Made by a program: the position numbers and the translations under genes. DNA of 63,458 bases, filler included, from Octopus bimaculoides (taxonomy: Eukaryota), in assembly GCF_001194135.2 (NCBI RefSeq). It is 8 parts of 7 records of this genome, joined end to end, with 100 filler letters (N's around TTAATTAATTAA, not from the genome) between each part and the next. Parts side by side here need not be neighbours in the genome. Positions count along the whole stretch, not along the records: positions 8,580 to 25,619 come from NC_068982.1; positions 25,720 to 31,587 come from NC_068987.1; positions 31,688 to 50,610 come from NC_068982.1; 5 more parts are not named here. One strand, given 5' to 3'. The notes beneath the pieces were generated by a model. It worked only from the letters and a program-made list of their open reading frames with translations. It ran no database searches and was not told where the DNA came from. Below, in pieces: positions 25,160-38,149 of this stretch. Positions within the stretch are counted from its first letter, which is position 1. Each line of letters begins with the position of its first letter.

Positions 25160-25279
25160 GTTTGCATAGTTTAAACATGATGAAGATAAATACAGAAGCA
25201 AGATAGCCGGAATTTTATTTGAACTTGAATGAAGTCAAACATATTCAGAGTTGGTATCAGCATAATTAATATCTTTTGG

Positions 25280-25480
25280 TATTTTACTTCTTTCAGTCAT
25301 TAGACTGTGGCCATGCTGGGGCACCACCTTGAAGAATTTTTAGTTGAATGAATCGAACCTAGAAATTTGTTTTAAAGTCTGGTTCTTATTCTATCAGTCC
25401 ATTTTGCCAAACTGCTAAGTTATAGGGGCATAAACAAATCAACACTGGTGAGGGACAAACATGGACACAGAGACATACAC
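25280..25480 (-). mobile_element. SINE family B, 3' part
   Basis: ttcagtcattagactgtggccatgctggggcaccaccttgaag...ccaaactgctaagtta. Confidence 0.8.
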
Positions 25481-25562
25481 ACACCCACTTACCGTCATGT
25501 ACATATCATATATGTGTGTGTGTGTGTGTGTATGTATATATATAAATGAATGCATATATGTA

Positions 25563-25619
<57 letters not shown>

Positions 25620-26574
25620 NNNNNNNNNNNNNNNNNNNNNNNNNNNNNNNNNNNNNNNNNNNNTTAATTAATTAANNNNNNNNNNNNNNNNNNNNNNNNN
25701 NNNNNNNNNNNNNNNNNNNATATATATATATATATATATATATATACTTATGCACTATGTCTACCTTATTAGTTGTATATATAATGATATAACGTCTACC
25801 TTGTTAATAATGTCACCCTTCCATAATTTATGAGTTTAAAATCAAGAATGATGTTTCAGTAAAACGAAATTAATTGCTCATTATCTTAAACTACAATAAT
25901 TAATGCATTATAGAGCAAATATATCTACTGAGACATGTTAGTGTGAGAGATTAAAGAATTTATGAAAAAAATGTTAAAGGTTAAATAGAATGAAGTCTTA
26001 GTATTAGAATTAATGGCGATTTATGAAATATTACATATTAATTGTTGTTTGAAACGGCAGAAGATTAAATGTTATATAGAATGAGACAAAGCCGTTTGAA
26101 AATTGGTTAAGCCATATAATTAGTATTCGGACTATAAGAATGTAAACTTAGAAAGAAAAAAGAAAGAAAATGAAAACGCGACGTTAAGATAAAGAAAAAT
26201 CTGGAAGGCGTTTTACTGTTTCAGACAATTTGTCGTGCATTTTCTACATACATCAAAATATTGTAATAATGTGACAAGGAATCCACTTAATCTTCCCAAA
26301 GAAATATAGTCGATATAGAAGATTTTATTGACTGGGTCTCATGGTATCTGGTCGTGTAGACCTATAACCAAAGTATTTCCAGTCATCAACATCCATCTCG
26401 TTATAGATTTCAAGCTGCATTGATATATTCTTTCTCTTTAAAGGCATGAGAACGTGAATTAACGAGATCTGTCTGCTACTTTAGGAAGTCCATGAACCAC
26501 GCAAGACTCTGTCTGACAGTTACTGTGCTTCGTTCACATGGACTGTGGGTTCAAGTCCACTCATAATCTCCTTA

Positions 26575-27000
26575 ATCTTTTTCTTTTATTCTTTTATTTG
26601 TTTCAGTCATTTGACTGCAGCCATGCTAGAGAACCGCCTTTAGTCGAGCAAATCGACCCCGGGACTTATTCTTTCTGAGCCTAGTACTTATTCTATCGGT
26701 CACTTTTGCTGAACCGTTAAGTTACGAGGACGTAAATACACCAGCAATGGTTGTCAAGCGATGTTGAGGGGGGACAAACACAGACACACAAACATATGCA
26801 CATACATAAATACATACACAAACGCAAGCGCGCACGCACACACATATATGACGGGCTTCTTTCAATTTCGTCTGCCAAGTCCACTCACAAGGTTTTGGTC
26901 GGCCCGAGGCTATAGTAGAAGTCACTTGCTACGCAGTGGGACTGAACCCGGAACCATGTGGTTGATAAGCAAGCTGCTTACCACACAGCCAGACATGCGC
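26575..27000 (-). mobile_element. SINE family B, full length
   Basis: ttgtttcagtcatttgactgcagccatgc...gacgggcttctttc...ggactgaacccggaaccatgtgg. Confidence 0.9.
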
Positions 27001-27569
27001 TTATATATATATATTTCCTTGATATGAAAATAGAGATACAGTACATTATATTAAAATCTATTTACAAATGTGTTCGACTGTAGTTGAACAATATTGTAGA
27101 TAGATTACGTGTTCGATTGAGATTTATATTTCACATTGTTCACTGCTTGAAAAACATATTAAAAGTACAGTCATCCATCCTGAGGAGTCAGTTAGGCTTC
27201 GCCGCATTTACTATGCTAATGCTTACGGCTATGTGCACCGATGTAATCACGTGAAGAGAAACACACACGTTCGTCTCATTTACTCTTTAAATAGCGGGAC
27301 ATAGAAGATGTAACAAATGGAGGAAAAGAGGGCTACATCGGATAGTACTCAGAACAGATGAGCAGAATACTTTAACCGTTAAGCTACGAACCTTCACATC
27401 TTTGCATGCTCGATCAATTTGGCCAACACACCGAAAACATTTAATAAGAACTATAAATTGTTCTTGCTCACATCCCAGTCAATAATTAGGAGCAAATTGT
27501 TCTGCTTTATCAAACACTAGCAGAGATACTCGGCCTTGCTCGGTATTAAAATGGCATAGATTTTTATTG

Positions 27570-27790
27570 CTTTACTTGTTTCAGTCATGTGACTGCGGCG
27601 ATGGTGGAGCACCGCCGTTGGTCGAAGCAATCAATCACAGGATTTATTCTTTGTAAGCGCAGTACTCATTGTGTCAGTATCTTTTACCAAACCGCTAAGT
27701 TACGGGAATGTAAACGCAGCAACATCAGTTGTCAAGTAATGGTGGGGGTACAAACACAACACACAGGCACACTCATATACAAATATACAC
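27570..27790 (-). mobile_element. SINE family B, 3' part
   Basis: ttacttgtttcagtcatgtgactgcggcgatgg...ccgctaagttacggg...gtacaaacacaac. Confidence 0.85.
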
Positions 27791-27794
27791 ATAT

Positions 27795-27936
27795 AGGTGC
27801 AGGAGTGGCTATGTGGTAAGTAGCTTGTTTACCAACCACATGGTTCCGCGTTCAGTCCCACTGCGTGGCACCTTGGGCAAGTGTCTACTACTATAGCCTC
27901 GGGCCGACCAAAGCCTTGTGAGTGGATTTGGCAGAC
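27795..27936 (+). mobile_element. SINE family B head, opposite orientation, running into a gap
   Basis: ggtgcaggagtggctatgtggtaagtagcttg...gttcagtcccactgcgtggcaccttgggcaagtg. Confidence 0.9.
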
Positions 27937-28739
27937 NNNNNNNNNNNNNNNNNNNNNNNNNNNNNNNNNNNNNNNNNNNNNNNNNNNNNNNNNNNNNNNN
28001 NNNNNNNNNNNNNNNNNNNNNNNNNNNNNNNNNNNNNNNNNNNNNNNNNNNNNNNNNNNNNNNNNNNNNNNNNNNNNNNNNNNNNNNNNNNNNNNNNNNN
28101 NNNNNNNNNNNNNNNNNNNNNNNNNNNNNNNNNNNNNNNNNNNNNNNNNNNNNNNNNNNNNNNNNNNNNNNNNNNNNNNNNNNNNNNNNNNNNNNNNNNN
28201 NNNNNNNNNNNNNNNNNNNNNNNNNNNNNNNNNNNNNNNNNNNNNNNNNNNNNNNNNNNNNNNNNNNNNNNNNNNNNNNNNNNNNNNNNNNNNNNNNNNN
28301 NNNNNNNNNNNNNNNNNNNNNNNNNNNNNNNNNNNNNNNNNNNNNNNNNNNNNNNNNNNNNNNNNNNNNNNNNNNNNNNNNNNNNNNNNNNNNNNNNNNN
28401 NNNNNNNNNNNNNNNNNNNNNNNNNNNNNNNNNNNNNNNNNNNNNNNNNNNNNNNNNNNNNNNNNNNNNNNNNNNNNNNNNNNNNNNNNNNNNNNNNNNN
28501 NNNNNNNNNNNNNNNNNNNNNNNNNNNNNNNNNNNNNNNNNNNNNNNNNNNNNNNNNNNNNNNNNNNNNNNNNNNNNNNNNNNNNNNNNNNNNNNNNNNN
28601 NNNNNNNNNNNNNNNNNNNNNNNNNNNNNNNNNNNNNNNNNNNNNNNNNNNNNNNNNNNNNNNNNNNNNNNNNNNNNNNNNNNNNNNNNNNNNNNNNNNN
28701 NNNNNNNNNNNNNNATTATCATATATATATATATGTATA

Positions 28740-28960
28740 TATTCTTTATTTTTTTCTTTTACTCTTTTGCTTGTTTCAGTCATTTGACTGTGGCCATGCT
28801 GGAGCACCACCTTTAATTGAACAAATCAACCCCAGAACTTATTCTTTGTAAGCTTAGTACTTATTCTATCAGTCCATTTTGCCAAACCGCTAGGTTATGG
28901 GGATATAAACACACCAACATCCGTTGCCAAGCAATGGTGGGGGGACAAACACAGACACAC
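28740..28960 (-). mobile_element. SINE family B, 3' part
   Basis: ttgtttcagtcatttgactgtggccatgctggagcaccacc...gggggacaaacacagacac. Confidence 0.85.
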
Positions 28961-29714
28961 ATTGTGCTATACTATAGTTAAAGGTTATAACAGACTACTT
29001 CGAAAAGTAAAACTTGTGAATGTACTAAATTATATTCTGTCTTTAATTAGACTAACAGCATGGAAGCAAATATGCAAATATATATATAAAAAAATGCATT
29101 AATGTTTGCAAGTGTATCTTACTTTCATATTTCCCTTGTCTTCACATAAACGTATCTCTACTGATGCACATGAATATATGCAGACGTGCAAATATACCAA
29201 CATACAGGCATATATAAACATAAAGAAGCATAAAGGTGAAGAGATGCACATACACAAAACAATCACACACACACGCACGCATTTGTATATATCACACGCA
29301 TACACATGCACAATGCATTCACACGCTGTCTCCTAAAAGTATAAATATTTGTATGCGTATACAAACACTTATTTACGCATATCTATACACACATTTATAC
29401 ATACGTATTTATTGGAACATAGATCGATATACACACGCACGCAAACATGAAGACGCACACACGCACCCACACACGCACTCTCACATACCATATGATTAAC
29501 TATTAACGGATTCATTCAAGAAACGCTTGTAGAATTCGAAAATAGCTGAGACAATCAATTAGACAGCATTCCTATCATCATATATTAGATGCTTAATAAT
29601 TAACTTTGATGTTTTGCCCTCTTCTTGCTCTGACCTACATCAGCAGTTCATCATTAAGAATTATTTTTCATTTAAAAGTAACGTTTCTGTGTTTTATTTC
29701 TTTCCTGTTTGCAC

Positions 29715-29782
<68 letters not shown>

Positions 29783-30188
29783 CCGGTTTCTGTCAGTCAG
29801 TTTGTTTCTCCGTCTCTCTCCCTCTCTGGCTCCCACTCTCTGTCTGCCTAAACATTCTCATATCTCTCTCAACACATTTATACATTTAAGAGAACGTTAT
29901 ACATTCATATNNNNNNNNNNNNNNNNNNNNNNNNNNNNNNNNNNNNNNNNNNNNNNNNNNNNNNNNNNNNNNNNNNNNNNNNNNNNNNNNNNNNNNNNNN
30001 NNNNNNNNNNNNNNNNNNNNNNNNNNNNNNNNNNNNNNNNNNNNNNNNNNNNNNNNNNNNNNNNNNNNNNNNNNNNNNNNNNNNNNNNNNNNNNNNNNNN
30101 NNNNNNNNNNNNNNNNNNNNNNNNNNNNNNNNNNNNNNNNNNNNNNNNNNNNNNNNNNNNNNNNNNNNNNNNNNNNNNNNNNNNNNNN

Positions 30189-30220
<32 letters not shown>

Positions 30221-30887
30221 GCGCAAATATATACAAAGAGTACATTCTTATTTCAAAATACATACATACATACATACATGCATGCATGCATGCATACATA
30301 CATACTTTCAGACATATAGAAATATCAGATTAGAAGGTGTCTAGCTGTCGTAAACAACAATCTCAAATTATTTAAATAGAACAATATATGTGATTGACAC
30401 AATGGTGGTTCTGTTTTGGCAGAACTGATAAACTTGATAAGGTGGCAAACTTTTAAAATAAACAAAACTAAAATAATTTAACAATGAAAAATAAAAAGAA
30501 GAAAACAACAAGCCTGCATATAAATTTTATCAAAAGAGAGGGATTGAGAACAAAAATGATTATGATTAATAAATGAAATAAACCTTGCGAATCTATCATT
30601 TATTCATCTATATTTAAACTTCGCTTTTGTAACATGGATAAGTATAACAAATTATATGTATATGTATATATATATGCTTGTTTATTATTGTATCGAACAT
30701 ACTGTTTGTTAATGGATCCCGTAAGTGATTTCTAATTCCAAAGATATGAAACTTATAGGAATGTATGCGTATTACGCGTTGATAAGGGTGGTGTTTAATT
30801 CTTTCCCCTTTCAGTAATTCTTCTCACTTTAATCTCTTCAGTTTAATCTCTTTAATTATGTTGTGTCCTGGTTTTGTTTTCTTTCAG

Positions 30888-30947
30888 TGATTACTTCGAG
30901 AACTTCTATTTCTTTGTGTTTCTTGTCATTATTTTGTGGGTCTAGCT
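30888..30947 (+). CDS. candidate 60-nt exon (VITSRTSISLCFLSLFCGSS, or terminal DYFENFYFFVFLVIILWV*)
   Basis: strong acceptor ttttgttttctttcag| and donor |gtgagt (alternative gtaagc at 30952); hydrophobic peptide in two frames; no homology recognised. Confidence 0.3.
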
Positions 30948-31344
30948 GTGAGTAAGCCCACAGACAAACTATAAAACTAGGAATATGCCCATAGTATATG
31001 TTATACAGAGAGACGGTGCAGAAACAAGTCAACAGCGTACATTGAAGAGATAGGGTCAGCGGATACGTGAGCAATGGCGGGGACTCAGCGCGGAGAAATT
31101 CTAGTAAGCACTCTAACAAAATGCTCAGTTAAAACATGGAGGCTTGGTTGATAACATAGATGTTAGGATCTCATCGCCACATGGAACAGCCACGACAGCC
31201 AGACAGAAAACGGAGGCCACATAAATAATAGAAAGTTGACCGAGCTTCCACCACACTACGCAACCTATTAAATAGAAGACATGGGTACAAAGAGTGTTAT
31301 ATACGAACCCATATATACTTACACAAGACACACATACGCATACT

Positions 31345-31386
<42 letters not shown>

Positions 31387-31547
31387 ACAGACATAAATGC
31401 ATGCGCAGACGGGATACACACAACAGAAAGTCAAAATGGAACAGACAGAACAAGAAGAGACAATAGGGACAGAAAGGCGTTGAAGATATGCGACGAAAAA
31501 TTTCTGAAACAAAAGCTAATAATAATAACAACAACAACAACAATAAC

Positions 31548-31587
<40 letters not shown>

Positions 31588-31687
31588 NNNNNNNNNNNNN
31601 NNNNNNNNNNNNNNNNNNNNNNNNNNNNNNNTTAATTAATTAANNNNNNNNNNNNNNNNNNNNNNNNNNNNNNNNNNNNNNNNNNNN

Positions 31688-31745
<58 letters not shown>

Positions 31746-31794
31746 TCCCTCGACTATCGCGGGTGTTACGCTTCAAAACGGGGTGAGTGAATTG

Positions 31795-32175
31795 CCTTCA
31801 TCATTTCACCGCTTGGCAACCATATGCCTTCTATCCAGGCATCACCATCGTAGCACATTTTGAGAGTCCAAACTCCACCTTAATATCATTGGAGAAAATC
31901 TGCATAGACTGCACTAGGCTGTCCAGTTCTTGCTCAGTTTTTGTGAATAACTTCAAGTCGTCCATGAATAGCACATGAGCTCTTTCCATATCATACACCG
32001 ACTTTGTTTTCTGTAGTATTTCACTCAAGGGGATCATTCCCAGCACGGATACCAGTGGGGACACACTGTCCCTCTGGAAAATTCCTCTGTTGATTTTCAC
32101 CTCTCTTAGTATTCGTTTCCCTGCTGTCAATTCCGTTTTCCACTTGCTTCCCTGCTGTCGCACAATATACAATAT
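31795..32175 (-). mobile_element. R4/Dong-type (RLE) LINE, RT fragment
   Basis: VKINRGIFQRDSVSPLVSVLGMIPL...HVLFMDDLKLF...FGLSKCA. Confidence 0.9.
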
Positions 32176-32244
32176 CGTGTTGTTGTTGATAGAAGATATC
32201 CTGTCTACCTGTGGTTTGTACCGTCTGCCAAGTCACCACAATGA

Positions 32245-33975
32245 CCGCAGACAAACAGCACTTTACGCAATATGCCGAATTTGCAATACACCTGGATTGT
32301 AGGGTATTTCTGAAGTTTCCAGATGCTTCTTCAGCTTGTGTGATATTGAACCCAATACCCCGATGACAATAGGGACAACCTTTATGTTAGACTCTCGTAG
32401 CTGCAACATCTTAGCGATCTCAATTCTCAGCTCTCCATATTTATCAATCTTTTCTTTTTCTTTCATGATAACGTGTTGATCTCCTGGCAATAACACGTCG
32501 ATTATTTAGCACCCTTCTTTGGCCCTCCTAAAGATTACTATATCCGGCCTTCGGTGCTCTAATACCTTGTCTGTCTGGAAGTTAAAGTGCTAAAGGATTT
32601 TTGCATTCCCTTTTCGTCCATTACCTTTTCCGGCATATAGTGGTACAAAAGACCAGTAACCTCATATCCATACTTACGGAATAGTAGCTAGTGCAGGTTT
32701 TAGACTACCTTGTCGTGTTTGTGCCTGTACCCTGTCCACGCAAGACTTTCACAAGCACTAGCAATGTGAGTCACTCATTCGACCCTTTTCCCACTCATTC
32801 TGCAGAGGTTCTTTTCACTTGGGTGGTATATATAATTTTCTCTGAGTTGTTACTCAACCCCTGACCCTGGTAAGCGATGATTAGACCTTCAGTATTCTTT
32901 TTTATGTCACCCTTGCTGAGTCACATCTATGATGCTTACTGGTCTTTTAATTTGTTAGTTTCACGGTGGAGCTGACCATGTTTCCTCTCTCTCGTTGGCT
33001 GTTCTTGTTCGAAATTCATGATCACACTTAAGTCCAGTTTCGGTAAATCTTTCTGCACTAGCAGCATACTGTAGCACATCTTGTTTGCTGTTTACCAAAT
33101 ATTCTACCGTCTTTCTTTTTTCACTTTTGATGCTAAACTGCCCACTTCCACCTTTGCCTCTTTTCATTTAGAGCCTATATACATTCTCCTTAGGTTGGAG
33201 GGCACCATGAACTGTCATTGATTTTCGAGTTGAGCGATCGAGTTGGTTAATCTCTGGTTGTATCCATTTCAGGGGGTGTGCTCTATAGCGGACTACAGCA
33301 ACAGCCCATATGTTGATGGCAGTCACAAGGATCCTTGAGTTGAGTTTTCATATCTAGAGGAGTTTGAGGCGCTTAAAATATGCAGTGATGACCTTGTCAT
33401 TCATTTCTCTGTACAAGATATTGTCCAGCTCCAGATAATTCAAGGCACTTGTACCCATCATCACGCATATCTTCCATTCCCTCTCCGTTTGGCAATTCTA
33501 TACCCCTACAATCTACTCCTTTCCCCGGTTTCGATGTGTGCTCCGCAAACTTCGAGATACCAGATGCCATCCCTATATCCTTACTGCATATCTGCACTGT
33601 CTCAACTAGCCTCTCTATTTCTAGTTCTGTTTTTGCAGACAATTTTAAATCACCCATGAAGAGAAGGTGGTTGAGACGAGGTCCATCGTTTCTCAGCTCA
33701 TAGTGCGCGTTGACTTTGCGTAGGACTACAGAAAGTAGGATCAAGGTTATAACAACGAACAAAGGTGAAAAACAGTCTCTCTGGAAGATACTTCTTTTGA
33801 TTGTTACCTCAGCTAAGTGCTGGTTATTACAGAAAAGCCGTGTTTTCCAGCAAAGCATTCTGCTTTTAATCAGTGTACACGTTCTCAGCTCTTTCACGCG
33901 TGTCAAGTGCTTCCAAAATCCAAGAATGCGGCAATATCCCTTTTTAAAGACTATCCAGGCCATGCACAAAATCAT
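32245..33975 (-). mobile_element. R4/Dong-type LINE, 3' 1.7 kb (RT end, zinc knuckle, restriction-like endonuclease), decayed
   Basis: IKRSIFQRDCFSPL...NHLLFMGDLKL; later HRRPDIV..IDV.LPGDQHV and KEKEKIDKYGELRIEIAKM...VVPIVIGVLG; multiple stops and frameshifts. Confidence 0.9.
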
Positions 33976-33976
33976 C

Positions 33977-33977
<1 letters not shown>

Positions 33978-34012
<35 letters not shown>

Positions 34013-34257
34013 TAGTTTTATTTTTATAACGTGCTTTCACTTCACTACCGAGCGCCGCTCTGTGTGCCTTGGGTATGTGCTGTGGTTTGCTGTGGTGCTC
34101 TTATGTTTACTGTATTGAAAGTGTTTTGCGTAGAATATGTGCAGTACCCAGTAGTGCAATTTTCTGTATGTTATATATATTTGTAAGTCCTGCTATTTTT
34201 GTTATGTATTTGTCTGAATATTTTTTTATTATACCTAAGGCACCTACTATGATAGGA

Positions 34258-34260
<3 letters not shown>
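33978..34260 (-). mobile_element. R4/Dong-type LINE 3' terminus with (TAA)n tail
   Basis: IPIIVGALGII...IQKIALLGTAHILRKTLSIQ*, then UTR and an aataataat tail; (TAA)n on both sides. Confidence 0.9.
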
Positions 34261-34309
<49 letters not shown>

Positions 34310-34449
34310 NNNNNNNNNNNNNNNNNNNNNNNNNNNNNNNNNNNNNNNNNNNNNNNNNNNNNNNNNNNNNNNNNNNNNNNNNNNNNNGTGGTGGTGGTGG
34401 TGGTGGTGGTGGTGGTGGTGGTGGTGGTGTTGTCGTTGTTGTTATCATT

Positions 34450-34830
34450 ATTATTAGTTTTTATCTTTGCTAGGCGTCTAACGCTGGATATGAAGTACGG
34501 TGCCACTACCAGTGAACTAAGGTTACACCCTTTATTTTTCGAGCGCCATCGGGAGTATTCAAGCGCTTCCAAACAGTGTGGCTTTCTGCAAGTGCTCCAC
34601 CCTTATTGCAACTCCTATTTGTTGCATGTACTTCTCAAGATTTTTACTCACAACCTTTATGTGAGACTCTCGTAGCTACCACATCTTAGCGATCTCAATT
34701 CTCAGGCTTCCATATTTATCAATCTTGTCTCTTATTTTCATGATAAAATGTTGATCTTCTGGCACTGGCACGTCGATTATTTGGCACTCTTGTTTGTCCC
34801 TCATAACGATTACTATATCCGGTCTATAAT
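34450..34830 (-). mobile_element. R4/Dong-type LINE, RLE fragment plus 3' UTR
   Basis: RPDIVIVMRDKQECQIIDVPVPEDQH...KIDKYGSLRIEIAKMW, followed by a UTR ending in taataataat. Confidence 0.85.
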
Positions 34831-35086
34831 ATATGAACTTGATTCGATTGAATAAGGGATAGGAAGGAATAATAATTACTAATGACGAACTGCATGGAGC
34901 AAGTATTATGTACAATGTAAAACCAATCTTCACCTGTATTACAACAAAGGTAAGACTTATTTTCATCGCAAAAATGAAGACAATTTTATCCAAAATAAAT
35001 CGTCTGGTACGACCACGGTTGGATTTAGTGGTACAATTAAGTCTCTTAACAGTTTTAATGACCAAATCAGCTTTCTGCCATTTCAG

Positions 35087-35101
35087 AATGGAGAGACCTA
35101 G
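35087..35101 (+). CDS. candidate 15-nt microexon (xAA TGG AGA GAC CTA G = -WRDLG)
   Basis: ctcttaac...ctttcTGCcatttcag|AATGGAGAGACCTAG|gtgaga: branch-like site, TGC in the pyrimidine tract, good donor, length divisible by 3. Confidence 0.4.
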   Translation, partial: NGET

Positions 35102-35970
35102 GTGAGAATGGTTCAGTCCTTTCCTCTACACCTAGTTTCCTAAAACATTAACATTGTTATCCTGTGTGCGTAATCAAAATCATGGCATTTTAGTCGCTCG
35201 TCTTCGTCTGTTTAACTAGGTTTCAGCAAAATTACTGGAAAACGGCTGATCGGATTCGGATTTTCACCATATTTGGCAGAAATGCTCATTGGATAATTAG
35301 GTCGAACGCTTTAGATCTTGGTCTGATTATCTTCAAAACTGGCTGACACGTGAATCAAAAAACTATTTCTTTGTTGTATATGCGTAAACGATAGGCAGAA
35401 GAAATAACTCTTGGTGTCACTTCGTTGAAATATGAATTCATCTGAGAATATATTTATTGAATCAAATTATATTTTATCCTTCTGTGCACGCAGAGTAAGC
35501 CTCACCTCCTCCGATGACCTTTTTTGTTGTTTTTTTTTCATTGCTCATTAATTTTCTTCAATAGAGCTTTGTCGACTGTAATATAATTCCTCTTAAGTTC
35601 CATAGTAAAAATCTTCGTAGACATTTGCCGGAAGTATGTAGAGATTACAGGCCTTGTCATAGAAAATATGAATATTAGACGATAAATGATATAAAGCTAA
35701 ATATACGGGTTCATCCATGCTTTAAATTTTTTTATCTATTTTATCTATTTATATTTTTCCTTCCCTCACTCTGTGTGCGTGTGTATTTATGTATATATAT
35801 ATACATGTATATATATATATATATATATNNNNNNNNNNNNNNNNNNNNNNNNNNNNNNNNNNNNNNNNNNNNNNNNNNNNNNNNNNNNNNNNNNNNNNNN
35901 NNNNNNNNNNNNNNNNNNNNNNNNNNNNNNNNNNNTATATATATACATACATCTGTACATATGATGTATG

Positions 35971-36039
<69 letters not shown>

Positions 36040-38149
36040 CGTGTGTACCTGTGTGTATATATGTATATACAAATAAATCTGTATGTATGTATTTATGTAT
36101 GTATACACATTCTGCTATGTCGTGCGCGTACCACTCGTAACACATAATCCATCACGTGACACATGTTCAGATTATCCATAACTGAACGAGCAGATATCCG
36201 AGAAAGCTTTGGGAGGATTGTTTACGACTCAGCGAGAATGGAATATCACAATGTGTCGAAAGCACGACTGAACCAAACTTTTATTCAACGACTGCCGAAT
36301 AAGAGATGTGAAAGCAGAATTAGACATATTAAAATCCCAACTACGTTAACTGGAGATTTCAACAAAAATATTTTCAAATATCTACTAAATAATATGCATG
36401 CAACTCCTTTGTAGTTCAACAGAAAATCTGAAATACATTCGATGTCATAATTGTGTGCAAACACAGCTGATCTATTAGTCGGGTGGGAAGCAGTCGTTTT
36501 CATATTTTCTTAGAAACAATAAATTGGAAACATCAAAGACATTGATGAGAAAATCTGAACATATATATGGTGAATGTGCAATTTGATGAAGAAATATATG
36601 ATACTATTAATAATATCTAAAAACTTGTTTACAGATGATGACATAGAAACCTTATAGAAAAACATACGCGATTGTCTGTATGATTCTTCTACTGAGCGTT
36701 GTTAATAGATCACACAAGCTGTGGATTGTTCACAATGCGTCTTTCTCTAAAGATTTTGCCAAACAAGCTGTGTTGGCTAGTTTCAGATCACTAAATTCTG
36801 GCCGTACAATAATGCAGCAGAACATCCAGAAATAGCGGACACATGTTATTTGAAAGACTTTTGTGAAGATCTGAAAGCTATTTATCGATGACTGGTTCTC
36901 AGCTGCTCAAATATCAGAACGATCGTTAAAATGTGCTTAGCATTGCAATGGTCTATTAACTAAATAAGAAATATGTTCTTGATGATGAAATTAATTAAGT
37001 CCCTTCTTCAAGAGCCTCTATCTAGGTAGGCTAATATGGATCAAACAGTTGTTGAAGCTAAAGTTTTGTTACATAAACATCCAATCGGCAATGAATGTTT
37101 CTCATGTAATGGCCTCGGAGATTTACAAATTTTGTGCCGGTAAATCTTTGAGTATTCACAAAAAAATTTGCATGATCTTGGATTCTAGTACGGTCTCACA
37201 CAATACCAAGATATATCACTTTTCACGTAGGCCATAGTAAAGACATACATCGATGTGAAACAGTCATGGCGTAATCCCACATTTATTAAATAATCCTTTT
37301 ACACTATATTTTCAATACATTCAATACAGACCCAACTGGTATCCTAAATTTCAAAAGTGCTTTTTAAGCTCGACCTGGGGCAGTCGATATGACTTTTGTA
37401 TAAACAGATGCTTGAGAGAAACATGCTCTGGAACACCACGTTCTATTAACAGATCTAACAAGAGTGTGCTGTATCTTATGAGGAATTATGTAATCGTTTT
37501 TTCGAAGTTGGTATTCTAGATCAGATTAAAAACAACATTATCTCATTTAAAAAATGGTCCATTTAAAATATGATTTCAATGATTGGTTCTTCTTTCTATA
37601 ATGAACATTATTATATAAACAGATATTTGTAATCTATCAAATTCTGTTTTCCAATTTGTTTCTTTTCTATTAAGCAAATTTAATTTATTTATGCAAATTT
37701 TTTAAAATTGCCATTTCTCTCTAGAGCTGAAATAATAAAAGCTACCGTAGTTTTTGATGGTTAATATTCTGATCACTTTTATGTTCCAAATGGAACTAAA
37801 TAAGACAACGATATTTCTTCATGATTCCATTTGATACATAAGTATGCATTTTACGAAAGTTTTAACAAGATAAACAAAATAAAAAATGAATAAAATATTT
37901 GATAAATAATGAACCTGCGATACAAATATCAATAATAAGATATATGCGACTACAAATATGACTTACTTAGGGGTATGGACATAAAGTTGATTTCAGGGAT
38001 TGCATGAAGATTTTAATTTTATACGTGAAATTCTTCGAGCAGGCATGTGTCATATACGAAATCTGTGATGAGCCCCTGTGACTGAATATTCATTAATGAC
38101 AAACAATTACCTAATCATATTTATTGTCTTAAAACTTTTTTCTTTCAAG

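Noticed and set aside
36163-36414. 83-aa ORF containing LTGDFN as a host gene
   Set aside because: GDFN is an APE-endonuclease motif and the surrounding 1.2 kb looks like decayed LINE; too degraded to annotate confidently.
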